Assembly: GCA_963771175.1 (NCBI GenBank)
Contig: CAVYSY010000058.1
Span: 1-64,000, forward strand
Reading direction: 5' to 3'
DNA: 64,000 bases
Origin: an uncultured delta proteobacterium
GTDB lineage: Bacteria > Myxococcota > Myxococcia > Myxococcales > Myxococcaceae
Positions 41,823-52,922 of the stretch are shown here, piece after piece (the stretch's first letter is position 1; each line of letters starts with the position of its first letter). The notes under the pieces were generated by a model, which was not told where the DNA came from, did no database searches, and saw only the letters and a program-made list of their open reading frames with translations. The translations under genes and the position numbers were made by a program.

Positions 41823-43579
41823 ATGGCCCGACTCGATCCGCACTCGTACAACGACGACACCCAACCCGAGACCGAGAGCCTCACCTGGAAGGCGCGCGTG
41901 GACTTCCATACACGCCGCCTGCATGCCGAGGCCACCCTCACCCTCAAGGAGGCCTCCGCCGGACCTCTGGATCTGGACACTCGCGAGCTGGACATCCGCG
42001 CGGTGGTGGACGAACAGGGCAGGCCCCTGCCCTTCCTGGTGTCTCCGCCCGAGCCGATCCTCGGCAGCCGCCTGCGGGTGGAGCTGAGCCCGGGAACGAA
42101 GCAGCTCACCGTGCGCTACCGGACGTCCCCGCAGGCCAGCGCCCTGCAGTGGCTGACGCCGGCACAGACGGCGGGGGGCCAGTACCCCTACCTCTTCAGC
42201 CAGTGCCAGGCCATCCACGCACGCTCGGTGGTACCGCTCCAGGACACGCCGCGAATCCGCATCCGCTACCGCGCGGAGCTCACGGTGCCCAAGGCGCTCA
42301 AGGCCGTGATGGCGAGCGGGCTTCGCCGGCCGCGAGGAGCAGGGCGTGGAGGCGGTGGAGCGCTACGAGATGCCGCAGCCCATTCCCCCCTACCTGCTGG
42401 CCTTCGCGGTGGGGCGGCTGGCGGCGAAGGAGCTGGGGCCGCGCTCGCGCGTGTGGGCCGAGCCCGAGGTGCTGGAGGCCGCCGCCGAGGAGTTCGAGGA
42501 CGTGGACGCCATGCTGCGCGCGGCGGAGACGCTCTTCGGGCCCTATGACTGGGAGCGGTTCGATCTGCTCGACCATGCCCCCGTCCTTCCCGTATGGAGG
42601 CATGGAGAACCCGCGCCTCACCTTCCTCACGCCCAGCCTGCTGGCGGGGGACAAGAGCCTGGTGAGCGTGGTGGCGCACGAGCTGGCGCACTCGTGGACG
42701 GGCAACCTCGTCACCAACGCGTCGGCCGAGCACTTCTGGCTGAACGAGGGCTTCACCGTCTTCGCCGAGCGGCGCATCGTCGAGGCGCTCTACGGAGAGG
42801 AAGTGGCCCAGCTGCACGCGGCGCTGGGCCGGCGCGCGCTGGAGGAGGCCATCCACCACTTCCGCGAGCACCCGCAGCTCACCCGGCTGCGCACGAACCT
42901 GGCGGGGGTGGATCCGGACGAGGCCTTCTCCCAGGTGCCCTACGAGAAGGGCTACCTCTTCCTGCGCGCGATCGAGGATGCGGTGGGCCGGCCCGCCTTC
43001 GACGCCTTCCTGCGGCGCTACCTCGAGTCCCACCGCTTCCAGGCGCTCACCACCGAGACGTTCGTCGCCTTCGTGGACAAGCACCTGCCGGGAGCGATGG
43101 AGAAGGTGGACGCGGACGCGTACCTGAACAAGCCGGGCATCCCCGCGGGAGCGCCGGTGCCGCGCTCGGAGCGGCTGGAGCGGATTGCCCGGATGAAGGG
43201 CAAGGTGCCCACGGCGGAGGACGTGAAGGACTGGACCCCGACCGAGTGGCAGCTCTACATCGAGTGGCTGCCGCAGGGGACGTCGCGCGACGTCTTCCGG
43301 CAGCTCGACGAGCGCTTCCAGCTCACGAAGAGCCACAACTCGGAGGTGCTGGTGGCGTGGCTGGCGGCGGCGCTCAAGGCGGGCTGGGAGCCGGCGCAGG
43401 GCCGCACCGAGGCCTTCCTGGGTGAGGTGGGGCGCATGAAGTACCTCAAGCCGCTGTATGGGGCGCTGGCGGCCTCCGCACAGGGCAAGGTGCTCGCACG
43501 CAGCCTCTTCAAGCGCTACGCCGAGCGCTACCACCCCATCGCCCAGGCCGCCGTCGAGGCCATCCTCAACCGCGCGTAG
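41823..43579 (+). CDS. M1 aminopeptidase (leukotriene A4 hydrolase-like); frameshifted
   Basis: Motifs SQCQAIHARS, GGMEN, HELAH..WLNEG, PYEKG, GRMKY. Confidence 0.95.
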
Positions 43580-43607
43580 GCCCTACATGGTCAAGCGGCG
43601 CCGGGCC

Positions 43608-44366
43608 TCACGGGGCCGAGCGCCCGCCGATCTCCGGGAAGCGCTCATAAGCCCGCTTGAGTGCGTCGAGATGCGCGGGGTTGTCGAGATCAAGCGGCGC
43701 ATCCGTGAGCCGCACGACCCACCCACCCGTCTCAGTGCGCCGCGCCCGTGCGAGCAGCTCCGCGTCGCGGGCGGGGTCCGGGAACCCGATGGCCCGTGCG
43801 GCAGCAGCCGACCAGTAGTTCAGCCACCCGAGGCGACGCGGAATCTCAGGCGAGCGGATGTGCTCTGGGAACCTGAGCGCGGGCAGGCCCCGTGGCGGAA
43901 CTCCTGGCTTACGCACCGGATCGACCGTCTGCCGCGAAATTTCCACGGTCGCGTTGAATGGCGTGGCGTGACCCCAGTACGCGCATGCGCCTTCCCCAAT
44001 GGCCGTTAGCACATCCGCTGCCGCCGCCATACCATTTGCGTCGAGCGGCAGTTGCGCATGAGCTTCAAGATGCGGCGCGCCATCCGCGGCAAGACCGTTC
44101 GGGTTTTCCCACCCGGAAATCGTCACCAGGTGGTCATCGTCATCGTTGCAAAGGAATGGAAACCCTCCGTCTGTCCTGTTGGAGGCGACCCACTCATCGC
44201 GGTGAGATAGCGGTATGAGGTCTTCCTTCTCCGAAGTCGTCCACCCCAGGCGCAATCCAGGAAGCGCACGCTCCATTCCATGAACGATGGCGAGCGGGCG
44301 CCCATCGTCGCCCGTAAGCGCAGGGGCGTACACACTGATGGTAATCTCATTTCGACCAAACGCCAT
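43608..44366 (-). CDS. Putative immunity protein (DUF5953-like)
   Basis: YWGHATP and LGWLNYWS..GWVVRLTDAPLDLDNPAH. Starts 1 nt after the toxin stop. Family name is from recall. Confidence 0.7.
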   Translation of the reverse strand: MAFGRNEITISVYAPALTGDDGRPLAIVHGMERALPGLRLGWTTSEKEDLIPLSHRDEWVASNRTDGGFPFLCNDDDDHLVTISGWENPNGLAADGAPHLEAHAQLPLDANGMAAAADVLTAIGEGACAYWGHATPFNATVEISRQTVDPVRKPGVPPRGLPALRFPEHIRSPEIPRRLGWLNYWSAAAARAIGFPDPARDAELLARARRTETGGWVVRLTDAPLDLDNPAHLDALKRAYERFPEIGGRSAP

Positions 44367-44367
44367 A

Positions 44368-45372
44368 TCAGCACCAATCCATGACGACGACGGTGAGAGT
44401 GTCATCCAAACTCTCTAGCACCGCCTTGTGCACGGCGCTTTTGACGCCAACGACAAAGCTATAGCCACACGCCTCTGCGAGCCTTTTCTCGCGCTGTATT
44501 TCCGGCAGCTTTGCCCTGGCAAGGAAGTTCTGAGAGCGGGGCGGTTGCTTCTCAAAGTCATCCGTCTTGACGTCCCACAGCGTGCGCGTGGCCAGTTGCA
44601 GCGCGTCGAAGTTCTTGCCATTGACGAACACATCCCAGCCGGGGAAGCTGTTGTACGGAATTCTGTCGGCGCACTCGTTGTGCGGGTCATTACCGCCACG
44701 GTGCGGCACTGGGATGGGCTTGCATTTCGGGTCGTCTTCCTCCGAGAGGGCGGATGCGGGCTGCTTCTGCGGCGAGAGCTCCCGGGCTGCGGCTTTCGCC
44801 GGACGAGGCTGGGCTTCAAGCTCCGCCATGAGCTGCCGCGAGGACTCCGAGACGTCCCGCAGCCGATCCTCGAACTCCAGTTGCTCGTCGAGCCAGGGCG
44901 GGCGTCTGTCAACCTCCGGTCCGACGGTGCTGGAGGGCCAGAGCATGACGAGGGCCACGAGCACCGGGCCCACCCTGGAGAGCGCTAAAGGGGCCTCGCT
45001 TGCGCGCCTAGCCTGGGCGAGGCCCTCGACTCCCCTCGCCACTTCAGCGGCATTCCCGCTCTTACTCACGGCGCGGGAGAAGCGCTCGAAGGCCCGTTCC
45101 GCCTCGGCGAGCTTGCGGTCCAACTGTTGCCATTGACGAGGCTCCAGGTTCTCGCGCGCCTGAGAGAGCAGTGCCCTGGCCTTGTCCAGGTCCGCCTTTC
45201 CAATCCGCGACTGTCCCGGCATCGACTCCATCGGCGCGGAAACGAGCCGGATGCGCGGGCCCGAAGTGGGAGCCGACGCGTAGCTGTGGGACCGTGGCAT
45301 CGACCGCGGGGCGGGCGCGCTGGCGCAGGCGGTGAGCAGCAACAGGAGAGCGCTCCCGGCTCGGAAGCACAT
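44368..45372 (-). CDS. Lipoprotein with C-terminal PD-(D/E)xK-like toxin domain (DUF6310-like)
   Basis: Lipobox LLTAC and C-terminal VNGKNFDAL..LWDVKT..LAEACGY. Confidence 0.7.
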   Translation of the reverse strand: MCFRAGSALLLLLTACASAPAPRSMPRSHSYASAPTSGPRIRLVSAPMESMPGQSRIGKADLDKARALLSQARENLEPRQWQQLDRKLAEAERAFERFSRAVSKSGNAAEVARGVEGLAQARRASEAPLALSRVGPVLVALVMLWPSSTVGPEVDRRPPWLDEQLEFEDRLRDVSESSRQLMAELEAQPRPAKAAARELSPQKQPASALSEEDDPKCKPIPVPHRGGNDPHNECADRIPYNSFPGWDVFVNGKNFDALQLATRTLWDVKTDDFEKQPPRSQNFLARAKLPEIQREKRLAEACGYSFVVGVKSAVHKAVLESLDDTLTVVVMDWC

Positions 45373-45535
45373 CGTCACGTCCTTTCGTCAAGCGTGGGTG
45401 CCGCGGGGCTGGCCTGACCTCCGTTGGAGTGCCAGCACGCTCCGACAGCGATGATGCTCGGCGGCTGCGCACAACCGGCAAGCGCCAGGGGGCCCGCATC
45501 CAGGCTGGGAGCGTCAGCAGGCGAGAACGAGCGCG

Positions 45536-46027
45536 CTACCGGAAGGCATCGACGATGTAGGCCGCTGCAACGGAGCCGTCGAGAATGGCCATCCCTGGCT
45601 TTGACTCGGGCAGCTTCCGCATCTGGTCCCGGCTGAGCCGGGCCACCGCGCAGATGGGAACCTTGTCACTGTCCGGCGGGTGGGCCTCGTACCAGCGGAT
45701 GACAACCTGCGGCCCGCTTGTCCAGACCTGCCCGTACAAACGGGTCGTCGCCTCAAGCGTGCCGAGGTCGTCCTTGAGAATGCTCTCGATGGGCCCGTCG
45801 TAAAGCGAGATGCGCCTCGCGTCGATCTGGTTCGCATCGAGGTCCACCCAGGCGGCATCCCCAACGCGCAGCCTCAGATACCGCATGACTTCGAGCGCCT
45901 TCGCCGAGCATTCCTGCGGACCTGGAGTGCCGTCCGGGCGCAGTGCCACGCCTCCAGACGTGGTGCAGCCAGAAGACGTGGCAAGCAGGACGATGGAGCT
46001 GAGCCGCAGAGCCTTGGTCATGGACAT
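45536..46027 (-). CDS. Small lipoprotein of the myxobacterial DUF2381-associated family
   Basis: LATSSGC leader, then PQECSAKALEVM..DGPIES..TRLYGQVWT..VPICAVA. Confidence 0.6.
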   Translation of the reverse strand: MSMTKALRLSSIVLLATSSGCTTSGGVALRPDGTPGPQECSAKALEVMRYLRLRVGDAAWVDLDANQIDARRISLYDGPIESILKDDLGTLEATTRLYGQVWTSGPQVVIRWYEAHPPDSDKVPICAVARLSRDQMRKLPESKPGMAILDGSVAAAYIVDAFR

Positions 46028-46038
46028 GAACGGCACTT

Positions 46039-46970
46039 CTACTGCCGAATCAGTGTGCGATCCATCGCAACGGCCACCTGGAGGAGACCGTCCCCACGGA
46101 AGATCTGGAGGGCCAGGTCGGCGAGCTGCCCACCCTCCGTCTCGAAGGCGCTCTTGTCCACAACGACCGCGATCTTACCCGACTGGCCGGGAACTATCTC
46201 GGGTCGGTCCATACGAAGCGCGAAGGGTCGAGAGTGGAGCTGGTGAAGTCGCGGGTCAGGTAGGCACCATCGAGTTTCCAGGGCTCGCCGTAGTAGGTGT
46301 TCGTCAAGTGAATCACGACCGCAGCCTTCCCGGGACCCTCGAAGACCTCGACCCGCGTGTCCATATCCTCGTTTTTCGAGCGCCAGAACTTCGCGCGCCG
46401 AAACGGCGTCTTCTTCACCTGCCCGTTCGCGAGAAGCGTCGCGTAGGCGTGATCGACCGAGTTCTCTTCCTCCTTGAACCGCTCGTTCTCCCCGCGCAGA
46501 TGGCGCTCTCTGTTGAGCGAGTCGTAGAGGGACGAGAGCACCGCGTTGTAGCTATCGTGTTCCTTGAACACGTTGACCTGATAGTCGATCCATCCCCAGT
46601 CCTCGCGGCTCTTGGGCTTCACAAGGAACGTGAACTCCGTCCCGTCAACGAGCGTCACGAGCAGGGGCAGCGCCTCGCCGTTGTCGAGGTCACGCAGCGG
46701 CTCTAGAACCACCTTCTTACCGCCTACAAGCGGGGTCTCGAAACGCCCCTCCCACGCCAAGAACTTCGTCTTCGCCGGATCGACCTCTTTCTCGAAGCGG
46801 AGCGCCGTCACCACCTGCCAGGAAACGTAGATGGCCGGTGCCTCCTGGCCTGGATGGGCCGGCACCTTGAGGGTCCGAATCGTGAGCTTTTCTTCCTCGT
46901 CCCTGGCCAGAGCCGGGGAAGCCATCAGGACGAGAAGCAGGCCATACCTGAAAAGTGGGAGAGCGCGCAT
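46039..46970 (-). CDS. DUF2381 family protein; frameshift near 46235
   Basis: Signal peptide ASPALA and LEPLRDL..LLVTLVDG..YQVNV. A second frame continues PFALRMDRPEIVPGQSGKIAVVVD. Confidence 0.75.
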
Positions 46971-47207
46971 GATGGGGCCAACGTAACAGGAGGGGTCTGG
47001 AGCATCCATTGACACCTTCGCCGGAAGCCGGACGAAAGGCAGCCACGTTGGTGGGACCACCAGTAGAGGACGCATTCCCCACGCAGGAGTCCTTTGACAC
47101 CGTCCCCGCCGCCCACTGCGCGACAGAGACCCACGTCCGGGGTCGCATGGGGATGGGAGGGAGGAGGGAGCTAACTTCTGGGGTTTCCGATCGGAAGAGG
47201 AGCTCGC

Positions 47208-47759
47208 ATGTCCGATGTGACGCCCCAGGCGCCGCCCGCCTTCCACCTGCTGGCCAAGCCGACCGGAGCGGTGTGCAACCTCGACTGCAAGTACTGCTTC
47301 TTCCTGTCCAAGGACAGGCTCTACCCGGGCAGCGACTTCCGCATGAGCGACGAGGGGCTGGAGCGGTACATCCAGCAGCTCCTCGAGAGCCACCGCACGC
47401 CCGAGGTCACCGTCGCCTGGCAGGGTGGTGAGCCCACCCTGATGGGGCTGGACTGGACTTCTTCGAGCGCTCCATCGATTACGTGGAGAAGTACCGCAAG
47501 CCCGGCCAGCAGGTGACGTACACCCTGCAGACGAACGGCACGCGGCTGGACGACGCGTGGTGCGCGTTCTTCAAGAAGCACGGTTTCCTGGTGGTGAGCG
47601 CCCGCTGTACACCCAGGCGGGGAACACGGTCACGGACCGCTCCGTGAAGCCGGAGCAGTATGGGCGTTTCCTGATTTCGGAGAGGCGGGCCGCAACGACC
47701 CGTGCCCTTGTGGCAGTGGGAGCAAGTTCAAGCGCTGCCACGGCGCGAGGGGCACGTGA
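47208..47759 (+). pseudogene. Anaerobic sulfatase maturase (radical SAM) remnant with large internal deletions
   Basis: [43 protein letters not shown] and [18 protein letters not shown] are squeezed into about 550 bp. Confidence 0.8.
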
Positions 47760-47899
47760 ACCGGCGCTCCCGCCGCAAGGGACAGGCATGCTCGGTGCGC
47801 TCCTGGATGGGGCTCTCCTGGGAGCATTCTTCCCGGCGTGGAAGCTGAACGGGGTGCCCTGCCCCGGCTGGCCCCGGCCCATAGACCCTGCTCCTTGAA

Positions 47900-47916
47900 A
47901 TGCAATCGAGTTGCAT
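47900..47916. promoter_or_regulatory. Candidate Zur/Fur-family operator
   Basis: Palindrome atgcaa-tcgag-ttgcat, 33 bp upstream of a Zn-starvation-type operon. Confidence 0.6.
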
Positions 47917-47949
47917 CAGCGCGGGCGCGGCGCTACAAGGAGTTCCACC

Positions 47950-48114
47950 ATGCCCAGAGGCAACCGAACCATCATCTTCCTGGTGTCCACCGAGGGCACC
48001 GGCCACTACTACACGACGACGAAGAACAAGCGCTCCACCCAGGAGAAGCTGGAGAAGAAGAAGTACGACCCTCGCGTGCGCAAGCATGTGCTGTATCGGG
48101 AGGGCAAGCCGTGA
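47950..48114 (+). CDS. rpmG: 50S ribosomal protein L33, Cys-free (Zn-independent) form
   Basis: [43 protein letters not shown], with an AAGGAG RBS and no Cys. Confidence 0.95.
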   Translation: MPRGNRTIIFLVSTEGTGHYYTTTKNKRSTQEKLEKKKYDPRVRKHVLYREGKP

Positions 48115-49347
48115 GGGAGGGACGCCTGCCCGTCACCGTGCTGTCGGGCTTCCTGGGCGCGGGGAAGACGACGCTCCTCAATCACGTGCTCAACAACCGG
48201 GAAGGCCGCCGGGTCGCCGTCATCGTCAATGACATGAGCGAGGTGAACATCGATGCCCGGCTGGTGAAGGGCGGGGCCTCGCTGTCGCGCGTGGACGAGA
48301 AGTTGGTGGAGATGAGCAACGGCTGCATCTGCTGCACGCTGCGCGAGGATCTACTGCTGGAGGTGGGCCGGCTGGCGCGCGAGGGCCGCTTCGATCTCCT
48401 GCTCATCGAGTCCACCGGTATCGCCGAGCCCATGCCGGTGGCGGAGACGTTCACCTTCGCGGACGAGCAGGGCCGCAGTCTGACTGACGTGGCCCGACTG
48501 GACACCCTGGTCACGGTGGTGGATGCCTTCAACTTCCTGAAGGACTGGGAGGACACCGAGGAGCTTCGGGCGCGGGGACTCGCCGCGGGCGAGGAGGACG
48601 AGCGAACGGTGGTGGACCTGCTGGTGGAGCAGGTGGAGTTCGCGGACGTGCTGGTGCTGAACAAGACGGACCTGGTGTCGCCCGAGCAGTTGGGGGAACT
48701 GGAGTCCATCCTCCGCCAACTCAATCCGGGCGCGCGGCTCGTGCGTGCCCAGCACGGCCGGGTTCCGCTATCCGAGGTGCTGGAGACCGGGACTCTTCGA
48801 CATGGAGAAGGCCCAGCGCGCCCCCGGCTGGCTGCGGACGCTGCGCGGCGAGGCCGTTCCCGAGACCGAGGAGTATGGAATCGAGAGCTTCGTCTTCCGC
48901 GCCCGCCGTCCCTTCCACCCCGGGCGCCTCTGGGAGTTCATCCACGGGAGCTGGAAGGGCGTGCTGCGCTCCAAGGGTTTCTTCTGGCTGGCCACGCGCA
49001 TGGAGGTGACGGGCGTGTGGGCCCAGGCGGGCGGGGCCTGCTCCTTCGAGCCCGCGGGGCTGTGGTGGGACGCCGTGCCCCGGGAGCAGTGGCCCGAGGA
49101 GCCCGAGGCCCGCGCCGAGCTCGAGCAGGACATGCAGGCGCCCTGGGGAGACAGGCGCCAGGAGCTCGTCTTCATCACCCGCCAGGTGGACCAGACGCTG
49201 CTGCGCGAGGCGCTCGAGGAGTGTCTGCTCACCGACGAGGAGCTCGCCCCGGGCCCACCGGGCTGGAGCCAGCTCGAGGACCCCCTCCCGCCCTGGGTGA
49301 TGGTGCGCGAGGGAGAGGATGAACCGTCCGCCGAGGAGGCGGCCTGA
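48111..49347 (+). CDS. COG0523/CobW-family Zn metallochaperone GTPase; frameshift near 48795
   Basis: Motifs [47 protein letters not shown] overlaps the rpmG stop. Confidence 0.93.
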
Positions 49348-49502
49348 GCCGCTGATAGGAACCGTCATACCCGCGGCTTCGAGAAGCACGTCAACCTCTG
49401 CGTCTGGGAGCGACAGGAGGACGCGGAGCTGGCCTCCTGGCCGCGGGGGGTGTGTGCCACGCGGGACGTGCATCGTCGAGTTGACGCTCCTCGATGCGTC
49501 GC

Positions 49503-50345
49503 TCAGGCGCTGATCTTGATGGCCTTCCACGCGAGGAGCGCGCCATCGCTCTGCTTCTGCGTCGACATGACCACTTCACTCAGCGTCATCGAGGACTCGG
49601 TGACCACCTTGTCGGTGGCGTTCACCTGGTAGCCTTGGCCGCTCGTCGCTTTGTAGTTGGGTTGCGTGTTGTAGAGCTCGGTCTTGAGGCTCTCGTCGAA
49701 GAAGACCTGCGACGTGAGGTACGTTTTCGAACCGACCGTCACCTTGAAGTGAATGTGGGTGGCTCTGCTTGCGTACCAGCCGGGGAAGTTGGTGTCGAAG
49801 GTCACTCGACCATCCGATCCAGTCGTTTGGATGCCGCGGTACCACAGCGCTGCCGCGGCCTTCGCATCGCCGCCGGTGCACATCGCGTCATTGCTTCCGT
49901 CGATGTCGCCCGAATAGACACCAAACGTGTCGCAATGCCAGATCTCCAATGTGGCATTGGGAACCGGATTGCAGTTGCTGTCGACGATCAGGAACTCGAG
50001 TCGCGTCGGGAGACCCGCATAGCCCTCGCTGATGTCCTTGCGGACCAATTTGTCACTCGTGGCGTGGCAGGGCCCCCCGGTCGCCGACCTGTACACGATG
50101 CACGTCGAACCGACACCTGATGCGAATGGATTGCCGTAGTCCCTACCGTTGAGGACGGAGGTCCCCTCGGTCGCCCAGCTTCCGCTCGTCCCGCCGTCAG
50201 TGCCGCTCGTCCCGCCGTCAGTGCTTGTGGTTCCGTCGTCTGAGCCAGTGGAATTGTCGCCACAGTGGGCGAGCAACGCTGCAGCTCCCAATCCCCCCAC
50301 AATCTTGAGTACGTCACGTCGCGTTGTTTTCTTGCCGTTCGACAT
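49503..50345 (-). CDS. Intradiol ring-cleavage dioxygenase-like exported lipoprotein
   Basis: Tat-like TTRRDVLK plus LAHC lipobox. Motifs EIWHCD..GVYS, RGIQTT, FPGWYASRATHIHFKV. Confidence 0.85.
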   Translation of the reverse strand: MSNGKKTTRRDVLKIVGGLGAAALLAHCGDNSTGSDDGTTSTDGGTSGTDGGTSGSWATEGTSVLNGRDYGNPFASGVGSTCIVYRSATGGPCHATSDKLVRKDISEGYAGLPTRLEFLIVDSNCNPVPNATLEIWHCDTFGVYSGDIDGSNDAMCTGGDAKAAAALWYRGIQTTGSDGRVTFDTNFPGWYASRATHIHFKVTVGSKTYLTSQVFFDESLKTELYNTQPNYKATSGQGYQVNATDKVVTESSMTLSEVVMSTQKQSDGALLAWKAIKISA

Positions 50346-50460
50346 GTTCGGACATTCCTTGCCACTCGGGGCGTTCCGTGCCCGGGGTTCGAGGATCATC
50401 CTGAGGGAGGAATCTTACGAATTCCTTAAGAGCTCGTTTGCTCCAAGCGCCAAGCGAGTG

Positions 50461-50645
50461 TCAAAGATTTCGAGCGATGCGAGCCGGCACGACACGCGGC
50501 GGGAAGGAAAAGAGAGGGAAGCTCGCCGAGAAATCCCCCCGCCTCCACCGAGCTACCGCCTCTCGGAATGCCGCGACGAAGGCACGGTACTGCTCGCGTA
50601 ACTCCCGCAGCGCTTGTCGCGTGAAGGCCTGCCCATTCCCGGAAG
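50461..50645 (-). mobile_element. Transposase C-terminal remnant
   Basis: RQALRELREQYRAFVAAFREAVARWRRGDFSASFPLFSFPP resembles the tail of a common myxobacterial transposase (recall only). No full ORF is present. Confidence 0.45.
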
Positions 50646-51059
50646 GAGCAAGGGACGAGCCCCCGGACACTCGCTCCTGGTGTAGATGAGGCAGGCACTC
50701 TGCGGGTGTTGGAGCACTTGGGGCTGGCCTCGGCCCCTCCGTCGTGCAGAAGTTCCGTGAAGCAGCATGGAGGCCACATCACGGCCTGGAATCGCCGGTG
50801 CGGCCCTCCAAAGAAAGGACGGCGTGGGCCGTGCGAAGGGACCAGGTTCCTTGGAGTGGGGATGGATGGGGCGTCTATGCCCCCCGGCAGGAGGCCGAGC
50901 GATTCCTTGCCAGGCTGGCGAGACTCCGGGCCGCGCGGGTGCCGCTCACGCGAGGTCCTGGAAGTCGAGGTCCTGGTGGAGAAGTGCCTCCGGCATCGGG
51001 ATGACATGGTTGGCGCGATCCCCCCGGAAAGAGGTTGAAGTGGGTTCGGGGGGAATGCG

Positions 51060-52754
51060 ATGAAGCACCCTGTGATGCAGGTGGTATTGAGGTGGCAATA
51101 CTGGCTGCAAGTACTGGTGCTGGCGTTGATCTACGCGGCGGTGGCGTGGGCAGGGTTCAGGCTCGCACCAGCCTATGCGCACGTCACGTCGATCTGGTTT
51201 CCAGCGGGCATCGGGCTTGCCGCGCTGCTGATTTTTGGCATCAAGCTGTGGCCCGGCACCCTCCTGGGACCCATCCTGTTCACCCAGGCGCTCGGCGTAC
51301 CCTGGCTGCCATCGCTCATCGGTGGCGTGGGCGACATGCTCAGTTCCCTGGCGGGCGCGCTGGCCCTGAGGCACCTTTGTCATTTTGACGACCGGCTCGC
51401 CACCTTCCGGGACGCCATCGCACTGATCGTCTTTGGTGCGTTTCTGCCCACGCTATTCGGCGGAACGATTGGCGCCATCTCGCTGTACCTCGGTGGCAGC
51501 ATACCGCTGTCGATATTTGGCGAGGTGCTCGGGGTGTGGTGGCTGGCCGACATGGCTGGCGCGCTGACGCTGGCGCCCTTCCTGTTGTCCTTTGTCAACC
51601 GTCCGAAGCCCAGGATGTCTCGGCTACACTGGCTCGAGGGCGCAGCACTCCTGGGCCTGCTTCTGCTGACTTGCTGGATGGTGTTCGGGCGCGGTCTTCA
51701 GGTGTTTCTCGGCAATCTGCTGCCATCCTATGTCGTATTGCCATTCGTTGTCTGGGCAGCGCTGCGTTTCGACATTCGCATGACCTCATCCGTGGTGATG
51801 TTGTCCAGCATCGCGGCGATCGGGGGGACCGTCGGTCCTCTGGTTACGGCGAATGTGACGCGCAGCATCCAGATTCTGTACCTCCAGATCTTCATGAGCT
51901 CGATGTCCGCCATCGGCCTCCTGCTTTCCGCGGCGACCCAGCAACAGAGGGACATTGCTCAAGCCCTTCGCGACGATGTGGAGCGGCGCAAACGCCTCGA
52001 GGAGCAACTGAGTCTTTCCCTCATCAAGGAAAGGGAAGCCCGTATCGAGGCCGAGAAGTCCATCCAGGTGAGAGATGACTTCCTGGCCGTTGCCTCGCAT
52101 GAGCTCAGAACTCCCATTACTCCCATCAAGATATATCTTCAGCTCTTGAGGCGACACATACAAGAGCTACCTCCGGACGTTCTCCCGAAGGCCAGGATCC
52201 TATCGAGTGGCTTCAAGAGTGCAGACAGGCAACTCGATCGCCTCTCCAGACTCATCGACGACCTTCTCGATGTTTCGAGGATCACCGCGGGCCGGCTGAT
52301 TCTCAATCGTGAGGAATTCGATCTCTCCGAATTAATGGGTGAAATCGTGGAGCGGTTCAGACCAGAGAGCCTGATTGCGAAATGCGATTTGGGTTTGAGC
52401 GCCCAGCCCCGGGTGAAGGGGTTCTGGGATCGCTCTCGAATCGAGCAGGTTGCCGCGAATCTTCTCACCAACGCCATGAAGTATGGTGCCGGAAATCCGA
52501 TTGAAATCACTGTTGCGTCGGAGGGGAATGTGGCCAGACTCGTGGTCCGCGATCACGGAATTGGCATTGCGGAAGAAGAGCAGGAGAAGATTTTCGAGCG
52601 CTTCGAGAGGGCGGCTCCAGTCAGACATTATGGGGGCCTGGGGCTCGGCCTCTATATTACGCGCGAGATTGTTTCGGCACATGGCGGGACGATACGTGTG
52701 GAGAGCTGCCTCGGGCAGGGCTCTCGCTTCACCGTCGAGCTCCCTCTGACGTGA
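51060..52754 (+). CDS. MASE1-domain sensor histidine kinase
   Basis: MASE1 motifs IWFPAGIGLA, WWLADMAG and VWAALRF. Kinase motifs SHELRTP, NLLTNAMKY, DHGIG and GGLGLGL. Confidence 0.92.
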   Translation: MKHPVMQVVLRWQYWLQVLVLALIYAAVAWAGFRLAPAYAHVTSIWFPAGIGLAALLIFGIKLWPGTLLGPILFTQALGVPWLPSLIGGVGDMLSSLAGALALRHLCHFDDRLATFRDAIALIVFGAFLPTLFGGTIGAISLYLGGSIPLSIFGEVLGVWWLADMAGALTLAPFLLSFVNRPKPRMSRLHWLEGAALLGLLLLTCWMVFGRGLQVFLGNLLPSYVVLPFVVWAALRFDIRMTSSVVMLSSIAAIGGTVGPLVTANVTRSIQILYLQIFMSSMSAIGLLLSAATQQQRDIAQALRDDVERRKRLEEQLSLSLIKEREARIEAEKSIQVRDDFLAVASHELRTPITPIKIYLQLLRRHIQELPPDVLPKARILSSGFKSADRQLDRLSRLIDDLLDVSRITAGRLILNREEFDLSELMGEIVERFRPESLIAKCDLGLSAQPRVKGFWDRSRIEQVAANLLTNAMKYGAGNPIEITVASEGNVARLVVRDHGIGIAEEEQEKIFERFERAAPVRHYGGLGLGLYITREIVSAHGGTIRVESCLGQGSRFTVELPLT

Positions 52755-52922
52755 GTGTCCACAATGTCCCCACCACACCTCCAGATGGAGCGCAGCGGCG
52801 AGTGGCTCGCCCCGCCCCAGTTCCACCACAAGGCTCCGCACGACGCAGAACAGTTTCACCAGGTTCACGAACGGTACGAGCCAGCTCTACACCGGCCCGG
52901 CGCACAGCCCGGGTGGCACTCG

